DNA of 64,000 bases from Puniceicoccales bacterium (GTDB taxonomy: Bacteria; Verrucomicrobiota; Verrucomicrobiia; Opitutales; UBA9783). Below the pieces are notes generated by a model. That model was not told the DNA's origin, searched no databases, and saw only the letters and a program-made list of their open reading frames with translations. Each line of letters starts with the position of its first letter. Position 1 is the first letter of the stretch. Below, in pieces: positions 19,779 through 26,919 of the stretch. The DNA is taken from NCBI GenBank assembly GCA_031266455.1, contig JAISBA010000005.1, positions 91,819 through 155,818 of the forward strand. Reading direction: 5' to 3'. The position numbers and the translations under genes were made by a program.

Positions 19779-21017
19779 TTAAGCGTCGTACCGTCGAACA
19801 ATCACCACAGAATTAATGCCTAACATACCGAATGAAGTATTCAATATCGTCCATATTTGAGGTAAATGCTTTGGGTGATTAATCACTAAATTGTTAAGCT
19901 TGCATGCAGGGTCTAATTCGTCAACATTAATTGTTGGATGAACGTAATAATCTTCGAATGCAGGTAAATTGCCGGCTAATTCTAAAGAGCCCGCTGCGCC
20001 CATTGCGTGCCCAATAAAACTTTTAGTATTGTTGAAGTGGGTATGGGGTGCTTGTTTAAATACACGGTTGAGGGCTTCGCATTCCCGAATATCGCCGGAA
20101 AGTGTAGCGGTTGCATGCGTATTTACGATATCGATGTCGGCGGCTTGCATCTTTGCTTTTTTCAAGGCAAGCTGCATGCAAATGGCCTGTTGCTCGCTGC
20201 AAGGAAGTACCGTATCTCGCGCATCGGAATTGATACCGTACCCTACAATTTCTCCAAAAATCTTTGCCTTTCTTGCCAAAGCTGCATCCAGGCGTTCTAG
20301 AATAAACATGCATCCACCTTCGCTGATAACGATGCCGTTGCGACGTTTATCAAAAGGTCGGCTCGCTTTGTTGGGATCTTCGTGAAAGGCTAGGGCGCCT
20401 TGAGCTTTAAATCCGGCAAATATGCCAAATGTGTGAATGCTTTCGCTCACACCACCGACAAGGGCTGTATCCACCTCACCCAAACGCAGCATTTGAACGC
20501 CTTGTATAAGTCCAATGTTGCCACCCGCACAGGCGCCTCCCAAAGTGTAATGAGGCCCTGTAATCCCCAAATTGATGGTGATTTCTCCGGCAGGATTGTT
20601 GGCAACGGTTCTTGGATTATGATGGTGGCTCCAATAGCGCGTATCGTATCCAAATTTAGAAATTTGGTATACTTCATTTTCCGTTTCCACATTGCCGTGC
20701 TCCGTGATACCTACGTAAACGCCAACGCGACTCTTATCCAAAAGATGCCAATTGAGACCGCTGGATTCGGTGGCTTTGTGGGCACAGTAAATACCTATAC
20801 TACCGGCCCGAGTTCCCACGCGCACTTCCTTCTTGGACTGATATTCTAGGGCATTAAACGTGCATACACCCGCCAGAACAATTCCCATGTAACGCATATC
20901 TATTTTCTGTATGCGTGCGTAACCTTCCAACAGATGTTTCCTAAACTCAGCCAATGAGTTTCCATTGGGGGCCGTAAGTCCAATGCCCGTAATGACAATG
21001 CGTTCTGACAATTTCAT
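19779..21017 (-). CDS. beta-ketoacyl-ACP synthase (FabF/FabB/NodE-like, Cys-His-His)
   Basis: IVITGIGLTAPNG at the N-terminus, active-site Cys in LGGACAGGNIG, and His motifs NTHATATLSGD and KSFIGHAMGAAG. Confidence 0.9.
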   Translation of the reverse strand: MKLSERIVITGIGLTAPNGNSLAEFRKHLLEGYARIQKIDMRYMGIVLAGVCTFNALEYQSKKEVRVGTRAGSIGIYCAHKATESSGLNWHLLDKSRVGVYVGITEHGNVETENEVYQISKFGYDTRYWSHHHNPRTVANNPAGEITINLGITGPHYTLGGACAGGNIGLIQGVQMLRLGEVDTALVGGVSESIHTFGIFAGFKAQGALAFHEDPNKASRPFDKRRNGIVISEGGCMFILERLDAALARKAKIFGEIVGYGINSDARDTVLPCSEQQAICMQLALKKAKMQAADIDIVNTHATATLSGDIRECEALNRVFKQAPHTHFNNTKSFIGHAMGAAGSLELAGNLPAFEDYYVHPTINVDELDPACKLNNLVINHPKHLPQIWTILNTSFGMLGINSVVIVRRYDA

Positions 21018-21146
21018 CCCTTAAAGGCTTATTAAATTAATATAAAAACAAAGTTTTTGAAGCCAAAAATATACTTTTTTCACGCATGAACGCAACCGGA
21101 GGGTTCCTATTGACAAACAAGCAAGTTCTATTAGTGTAAAACAAAA

Positions 21147-21938
21147 ATGTGCCCCTGCATGTTAGAAATAAAGGATCTGTGTGTTTATTACATAAACGCG
21201 ACAGGGTTTTTTAGAAAAGTTAAGCATGTTGTAAAAGCTGTTGATGGAATTTCATTGAGGGTAGAACAAGGCTGCACTTTAGGTTTGGTGGGAGAAAGCG
21301 GCAGTGGAAAGTCGACGGTAGGAAAAGCAATTGTTCGGCTAGTTACCGCGTGTTCGGGAGAAATTTTTTTCAATGGAACCTGCATTTCAAATAAAACAAA
21401 CCGTGAGTTTTTCCAATATCGTAAAAAAATTCAAATGATATTTCAAGATCCCTTCAATTCTCTAAATCCACGAATGCATGTGGAATCTATTCTAATGGAG
21501 CCTTTAGACATCCATTTTAAATCTTGGAGTCGTCAACAAAAGCATTCGAGGATTTTAGCCTTGCTGGACCAAGTTGGATTGCCTCATACAAGCTTAGATC
21601 GTTATCCACATGAATTCAGCGGTGGACAGCGTCAACGCATCGGAATTGCGAGAGCCTTAGCGGTGGAACCGGAATTGCTTATTTGCGATGAACCCGTAAG
21701 CGCATTAGATGTCTCTGTTCAAGCACAAATTGTTAATTTACTGATGGATTTGCAAAAAGCGTTTGGATTAACGTACCTTTTTATAGCGCACGATTTGGCT
21801 ATCGTGGAACACGTGAGTGATGTTGTTGCCGTTATGCAACAGGGACGTATTGTGGAACAAGCGCCTGCTCAGGATTTATACGTTTCGCCCCAACATCCCT
21901 ACACGCAGAAATTGTTGCAATCCATACCCACACTCTAG
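21147..21938 (+). CDS. ABC transporter ATP-binding protein, oligopeptide/dipeptide (OppF/DppF)-like, orphan
   Basis: Walker A GESGSGKST, signature FSGGQRQRIGIARAL, Walker B LICDEPVSALD and the Opp-type C-terminal PQHPYTQKLL. No permease or binding-protein gene is adjacent. Confidence 0.85.
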   Translation: MCPCMLEIKDLCVYYINATGFFRKVKHVVKAVDGISLRVEQGCTLGLVGESGSGKSTVGKAIVRLVTACSGEIFFNGTCISNKTNREFFQYRKKIQMIFQDPFNSLNPRMHVESILMEPLDIHFKSWSRQQKHSRILALLDQVGLPHTSLDRYPHEFSGGQRQRIGIARALAVEPELLICDEPVSALDVSVQAQIVNLLMDLQKAFGLTYLFIAHDLAIVEHVSDVVAVMQQGRIVEQAPAQDLYVSPQHPYTQKLLQSIPTL

Positions 21939-22054
21939 ATCAAAATAGCGATGCATGTAGCCCCCTTAAGCATTTACTTTGGTTGCCAAACAGGGGACAA
22001 ACTTATCAAAAGCCTAGCAATTATCCCTATCACAAACCCTGAAAATAAGTTTTG

Positions 22055-22178
22055 ATTTTAGGTCCGTTGTCCATTCGATGTGGCTTGAGGACGGATTCAT
22101 GAATATGTTTTACCTTTGGGATTTATAGAATTCCTTGAAGGCTTAATGCATTACATAACTTTAAATAAAGGAAATGCT
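22055..22178 (+). repeat. upstream cassette copy M1 (shared 5' module of the CCHC-knuckle family)
   Basis: Cores TTCGATGTGGCTTGAGGACGGATTCATG (22074..22101) and TTCCTTGAAGGCTTAATGC (22131..22149) recur at 23123, 45025 and 46088 (see other copies). Confidence 0.7.
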
Positions 22179-22922
22179 ATGAGCAAAACAATAAATACAA
22201 TTATAAAAACTGGTTTTGTAATGGTAGGTTTGATGGGTGAGGTCACCTTAAACGCCTGGTGGTGCGAGGATTGCCATGAGGAACATGAATTTGATTCGTG
22301 TGACAAGACTGGTAAGGTCAATTCTAGTCCCAGTCGTGTTGCTAATTTTCCGCTTGTAGGATATGTGGTGAATGGTGATGAAAAAATAGCGGTTCACGGT
22401 CCGATAACGCCAAGAGGAGATTATAGAACACTCTTTCACGTTCCGTGCCGAAAAATTGCAGGTCAATGGTTCTTGACGACTAATCTAGAAGATGTACTTG
22501 CAAAAAATAGCAATCTTTTCGATAATAAAGGCGAGCCCCTGCGACAGGCAGGCGCCTTGGCCAATGGTTGTCCTGTTTATGAAATGCCAGAGTCTTTAAG
22601 TTTAAAAAGATCTTGGTATAGGTATCTATTCGTTGCTTCCCGAGACAATAGAATACACGAAGGACGAGAGTCTCCAATCGGGGCACCGCCTTATTATCCA
22701 GTTGAAATGGTTCGATTAGTTCATAGCCGTTTTGGATATAATGAGTACAAGTATTGTAGTTTTCCACGGCAGGCTGGCGACCCAAAGAAAAATAGTGATG
22801 GAACTCTTTTCTTGAGAGGTGCTTGTTTCGATGGTCGCGTTTGGGTTGACATAAATACAGGTCAAATTTACAATAGTCTAGAGGAAATGCCGCAAGGATA
22901 TAAGCCCAATTGCGACTTTTAA
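22179..22922 (+). CDS. CCHC-knuckle family protein P1 (hydrophobic N-terminal anchor + CxxCxxxHxxxxC, long C-terminal module)
   Basis: The N-terminus MSKTINTIIKTGFVMVGLMGEVTLNAWWCEDCHEEHEFDSC aligns with four paralogs. Start at ATG 22179 follows the paralog alignment and an AAAGGA site upstream. No known family recognised. Confidence 0.7.
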   Translation: MSKTINTIIKTGFVMVGLMGEVTLNAWWCEDCHEEHEFDSCDKTGKVNSSPSRVANFPLVGYVVNGDEKIAVHGPITPRGDYRTLFHVPCRKIAGQWFLTTNLEDVLAKNSNLFDNKGEPLRQAGALANGCPVYEMPESLSLKRSWYRYLFVASRDNRIHEGRESPIGAPPYYPVEMVRLVHSRFGYNEYKYCSFPRQAGDPKKNSDGTLFLRGACFDGRVWVDINTGQIYNSLEEMPQGYKPNCDF

Positions 22923-23026
22923 GGGCTAGATTAAGTAAACTGTATAGTTAGAGCCCTAAAGGCAATAAAAGGGGGTTAAGCGATTGTATCGTATTACATA
23001 TTTTAATCTCTAATCTCTTCCTGTGG

Positions 23027-23053
23027 ATCCCTGCTTTCTGAGAAAGTAGGGAT
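23027..23053. other. 12-bp stem hairpin (ATCCCTGCTTTC-TGA-GAAAGTAGGGAT), no U-tract
   Basis: Read directly. It has one G.T pair and lies ~100 nt downstream of P1. Confidence 0.5.
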
Positions 23054-23070
23054 TGGGGTTCCTATGGCTT

Positions 23071-23301
23071 TTCTCAAGAATATCGTTCACACCAAGTCCT
23101 CAATCTTTAGGGTAACTGGCCATTTGATGTGGTTGAGGACGGGTTCATGGTTTTAAGCTTCTCTATCTTAAAATCTACAGACATCCTTGAAGGCTCAATG
23201 CTAAACTTTGGTTAAATATTTCCGATGTACTTGATACCTAATGCATTATGGGCTATTCTGAATGAGAGCATAGGTTTTACCAAAATAGAACAGGAGATAA
23301 T
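23071..23301 (+). repeat. upstream cassette copy M2 (full length)
   Basis: It aligns along its whole length with 44971..45215, sharing TTCTC(A/G)AGAATATC, TTTAGGG, TT(T/C)GATGT(G/T)G.TTGA(G/A)GACGGGTTC, TCCTT(G/A)AAGGCT, AAATA(T/C)TTC(C/T)GATG and TTTTACCAAAATAG. Confidence 0.75.
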
Positions 23302-23957
23302 ATGCAAAAAACAGTGTGTACAATTATAAAAACTGGTCTTATGGTAGTAGATTTGATAGGTGTAGTTACCTTAAATGCTGGATGGTATTGTTGCCATTGT
23401 TATGTGAAGCATGAATTTGATATATGTCCCAGTGATGGGTGTGCCAATCTTGGCCTCAGTCGTGTTGCCGATTTTCCGCATGTAGGATATGTGATACACT
23501 ACAAACACCACAACGGCAAAGAGGCAATTTATGGTCCGGTCCTACCAGATGGAACTTACAGAACACTCTCTCATACCGTAGTTCAAAAAATTGAAGATCA
23601 GTGGTTTTTGGCGACTAAGTGCGAAGGCTGACTGTCTTTTCGATCGTACGGGAAACCCCCTGCAACAGATAGGCTTCCTGGCCAATGGTTATCCCGTTTA
23701 TGAAGTACCAAAGTGCTTAAATCAATTCAGATGTTGGCATATTGCTCCTCGAGACCGAAGAAGGCACGAGATAGGAGAGAGTAAATTTGGGACACCGAAT
23801 TATTATCCAGTTGAAGAGGTTCAATTAGTTTATGGCCATTTTGTGTATAATGATTTTGAGCACTATTCCTCACGAGGGAGGTGTTTATTTCAATGGTTGT
23901 ATTTGGGTTGGTGAAAATACGGGTGAAATTTACGCTAGTCCAAAGGAAATGCCTTAA
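23302..23957 (+). pseudogene. CCHC-knuckle family member P2, disrupted by at least two frameshifts
   Basis: ORF 23302..23631 carries the N-terminal module. Homology to P1 and P3 continues in a second frame (23591..23914: NGYPVYEVP...YYPVEEVQLV) and then a third (GGVYFNGCIWVGENTGEIYASPKEMP*, stop at 23955..23957). Confidence 0.8.
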
Positions 23958-24027
23958 GGATATACAATAGATAATCGTACAAAACTCCAAAACGGCAGTA
24001 AAAGAGTTTTGGGTATTTAGTTTGTAT

Positions 24028-24215
24028 ATTTTAAAACATTTAGGTGTTTGGGGAACTTTGACATTTGCTACCATTGGATTCTTGAGCTAGATCGAAAAAA
24101 CTTTGGACAATGCTTGCTCATCATGTTTTTTACGATGACCTACAACGTTGTTTTATTAAAGTCGATTTGCCGCCCACTTGTCCCGTATGCGGCTTTGGAT
24201 TTCCGGGTGGATATG
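24028..24215 (+). pseudogene. decayed duplicate of the 5' end of the PAP2 gene (copy of 32848..33047)
   Basis: The nucleotide alignment is readable by eye (TTTTAAAACATTTAGG.GTTTGGGGAACTTTG...GGCTTTGGATTTCC). It has an in-frame TAG and a ~10-nt deletion. ORF 24048..24233 retains RKNFGQCLLIMFFTMTYNVV. Confidence 0.8.
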
Positions 24216-24264
24216 TGTAACCAAATATTTTAACCTTACACACCCCTACAAAGGATTACCGGCT

Positions 24265-24909
24265 TTATTTTTTAGAATCCAAAGACCGCGCTTGCTTCTT
24301 GGAAGCCTCTTTTTCCTTCAACGCTAAAAACTGTTGGTAAGTAATTGCGTTGCGTTGCGTAAAATGCCTATATAGGTAGCAAGAAATGGCACCGCAAATG
24401 TAACCTAAAATAATAGCACCAATTACAATCGCCAGCGTTATTTTTAAGAAACAGGCACCTTTGTGCCCTATAGATCCGTGACCCAGAATCTCTCTCGCCG
24501 TAACGTTTAATCCCAATTGATTGCTGGTATCCAGAAGCTTAAGAAATTTTTCTCCAACTTTATACTCAAAGGGCCACAATATGCCTACCGTCAAAGGATT
24601 TGAAATCATTTGTAGTGCGACCAAAATCATAATGTTTGCTTTGAAAATAATCGCAAGGATGCTTGCTATGAGCGTCTGAGCGCCCATAACGGGGAGAAGG
24701 GTTAAAATCCAGCCCGAGTAGAGGGCAGGTTTTACAGCTTGGTATTTAAATGACCATAGGTAACGCCGTTTTAGTAAGCTGTCGCCAAACCATCTTAAAA
24801 TTTTATACCGAGCAAAGGTAGAACGCCTCGGCAAATAACGTAGCCACTTTTTTGCTTGTTTGCGACGATTTTGTCTGAGGGCTTGCCAGTCTTTTTCGTA
24901 TGAGTTCAT
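24265..24909 (-). CDS. membrane protein, DUF2062-like
   Basis: Multi-TM protein with GAQTLIASILAIIFKANIMILVALQMISNPLTVG, which resembles the DUF2062 core. Start trimmed to ATG 24909 because the longer ORF runs into tRNA-Cys. Confidence 0.5.
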   Translation of the reverse strand: MNSYEKDWQALRQNRRKQAKKWLRYLPRRSTFARYKILRWFGDSLLKRRYLWSFKYQAVKPALYSGWILTLLPVMGAQTLIASILAIIFKANIMILVALQMISNPLTVGILWPFEYKVGEKFLKLLDTSNQLGLNVTAREILGHGSIGHKGACFLKITLAIVIGAIILGYICGAISCYLYRHFTQRNAITYQQFLALKEKEASKKQARSLDSKK

Positions 24910-24916
24910 AACATCA

Positions 24917-24991
24917 TGGAGGCACGGGTCGGAATTGAACCGACGCATAAGAGTTTTGCAGACTCCTGCCTTACCACTTGGCTACCGTGCC
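24917..24991 (-). tRNA. tRNA-Cys (GCA)
   Basis: The reverse complement folds by hand. Acceptor GGCACGG/CCGTGCC, anticodon stem GGAGT/ACTCT with loop CTGCAAA, T arm GTCGG-TTCAATT-CCGAC, discriminator U and an encoded CCA. Confidence 0.9.
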
Positions 24992-25058
24992 CTAGAAAGT
25001 TTTATTAGAGGATAAGGCTAAAATAAATCAAGCTTTTGTTACGACTTCTTGCTAAAAA

Positions 25059-25781
25059 TTATGCTTTCTTTTTGTGGGTACCGACAGTCGCATTATTTTC
25101 ATCGTCACCCTCCCAATGCATCGTCTCATCTTGTTCCAATACCTCTTCCTTTTCGTTGGTATCTTCTCCAACATCTACCTCTAAGTCTTTGTAGAGAAGA
25201 TCTTCGGCCTTATCGGCATTTTCTTGGATTTCTTCTCGATCCAATTCGAATCCTGCAGGGATATATTCTAATATATCCGATAATTCACGGTAACAGTGGA
25301 TGGCAGATCCTTCAAAAAATTCTTGTTGATATTGCTCATTTAAATCATCCGCAATTTCGTCGGGTGAAATATTTTGTTTAAAATCGATACTGTCATTGAG
25401 TAACCTCACACGTAGGCGAGTCACGTGATCAATGAGATCCGCGTAAGGACCTTTTTCTTCATCAACGGAATTGGGCAATGCAAAAAGAGGTTCATCCGAA
25501 TCGATCAAATTTCCTTCCACACGTGTCAAGCGAACCAAATTTTCTTTGAGACGCTTATCAATTCTGAACTTGAAGAATGCACGATCTAAAATGTCGGTAT
25601 TCAATCCATAGTCTTTCAATGCATCCATTAGATCAAGTATATAGATCATTTGCTTTGGATCTAAAATGCTAAGCCCATCCAAATCCCAATGAATGGGGTC
25701 GCTAATTTCTTTAACCCACCAGTTAAAATCATTCCCTAAACGTACGATACACCAGTTTAGTTTTGGAGCAATAACAGACAT
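25059..25781 (-). CDS. hypothetical protein with highly acidic C-terminal third
   Basis: ORF 25059..25931. Start placed at ATG 25781 (MSVIAPKLNW) to avoid overlap with the divergent gene. No recognisable motif. The tail is E/D-rich (EEIQENADKAEDLLYKDLEVDVGEDTNEKEEVLEQDE). Confidence 0.5.
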   Translation of the reverse strand: MSVIAPKLNWCIVRLGNDFNWWVKEISDPIHWDLDGLSILDPKQMIYILDLMDALKDYGLNTDILDRAFFKFRIDKRLKENLVRLTRVEGNLIDSDEPLFALPNSVDEEKGPYADLIDHVTRLRVRLLNDSIDFKQNISPDEIADDLNEQYQQEFFEGSAIHCYRELSDILEYIPAGFELDREEIQENADKAEDLLYKDLEVDVGEDTNEKEEVLEQDETMHWEGDDENNATVGTHKKKA

Positions 25782-25806
25782 GACAATGGTTTTGAAATAA
25801 AATTGA

Positions 25807-26919
25807 ATGGGAGTAAACCTTAAAAATAATTTTTTATGCATGCCCGCATGTTCTAAATGTAAAATTGACTTGCTCACGCCGGTAATACCGACTAAATTAC
25901 AGTCTGTGAAGCATAAGGCGGGGTTGGGCATATTAGTTATTTTGATCGTATTGGCAGGTGTGATCTATGGATGCATCCGATGGGTGCGATACGTCCCCAC
26001 AATACGTCTTGGATTGAATGCTTCTTCGGGGTTTGAATACTTTATTTTAGCAAAAAAGGCAAAGTTTTTTAAACGCGCCGGACTACGTGTTCAACTCATG
26101 GAATTTGGTTCATTCAGCGATGTACAACAAGCTTTTGAATGGGGACAAATTCACGGAATGATCTGCAATCTAATTGATGTTATGATGATTCAGCAAAAAA
26201 ATAAAGCGCTTGCACCCAAAATTATTCTTATTCCTTCTTATGCCACACCGGAAGCTGCATGCCACGTATTGGTTGATAAAAGCATAAAAAATATGAGCGA
26301 TATTCGAGGTCAATGCATCGGTGGGGAAATTAATTCCTTTGGTGGTTTTGTTTTGTTAAAAGCGTTAAAATCGGTAGCACTGTCTATGCATGACATAAAA
26401 CTACGTTTTGTAGATCCAACCGCCTTTGAAACGTTTATTCAAAAGCAAAAAATACAAGGTGTTATAGCTTATCCTCCTTACAATGTCCATTTAATGAAAA
26501 ATTCTACCCATTATCATTCCATTTATTCTACGGCGAATTGGCCTAAAGAGATGAAACTCAATGTTTTGGTAATGAATCAAAACACCCTACAAAGGCATGC
26601 GAAAGGTTTTCAGAAATTTATTGCAAATTGGGATAACTTATTGGATTTGTACAAAAGTAATCCGGGACTTGGAAATACGTACCTAAGTCATCATTTATCC
26701 GTTTCTAAAAACAGATCTGAAAAAATATTCAACGCCGTTGTTCCATTGAAATTAGGAGAACAAGTTCAATTATTTACATTTAATAAATACCTCACAGGTG
26801 TGATAGAAACGATTAATGCAGAATTTCTTGCCAATAATAACTTGTCGGCAAAAGACATAGACTTCGATGAAGTTTTTGACAAAACATTTCTGTATGAGGC
26901 ATTGCAACGCAAACAATGA
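25807..26919 (+). CDS. membrane-anchored periplasmic binding protein, NMT1/SsuA/TauA-like
   Basis: One N-terminal TM helix (GLGILVILIVLAGVIYG) is followed by IRLGLNASSGFEYFILAKKAKFFKRAGLRVQLMEFGSFSDVQQAFEWGQIHG, which is typical of sulfonate/nitrate-type SBPs. The exact start is uncertain. Its stop overlaps the start of the kinase gene. Confidence 0.65.
   Translation: MGVNLKNNFLCMPACSKCKIDLLTPVIPTKLQSVKHKAGLGILVILIVLAGVIYGCIRWVRYVPTIRLGLNASSGFEYFILAKKAKFFKRAGLRVQLMEFGSFSDVQQAFEWGQIHGMICNLIDVMMIQQKNKALAPKIILIPSYATPEAACHVLVDKSIKNMSDIRGQCIGGEINSFGGFVLLKALKSVALSMHDIKLRFVDPTAFETFIQKQKIQGVIAYPPYNVHLMKNSTHYHSIYSTANWPKEMKLNVLVMNQNTLQRHAKGFQKFIANWDNLLDLYKSNPGLGNTYLSHHLSVSKNRSEKIFNAVVPLKLGEQVQLFTFNKYLTGVIETINAEFLANNNLSAKDIDFDEVFDKTFLYEALQRKQ

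Noticed and set aside
19969-20849. Several 80-150-aa ORFs antisense to or out of frame with the ketosynthase gene. Similar sets lie inside SulP, APC, MFS, transketolase and the Cys-rich gene.
   Set aside because: All lie inside strongly supported genes with clear motifs. They have no motifs of their own and are treated as shadow ORFs.
22116-22178. 21-codon N-terminal extension of P1 in the ORF track (MGFIEFLEGLMHYITLNKGNA)
   Set aside because: All four paralogs align from the internal ATG at 22179, which has an AAAGGA site upstream. The extension is cassette sequence that happens to be open in this copy.
24910-24948. Longer start of ORF 24265..24948
   Set aside because: The extra 13 codons overlap tRNA-Cys (24917..24991), so the start was moved to ATG 24909.
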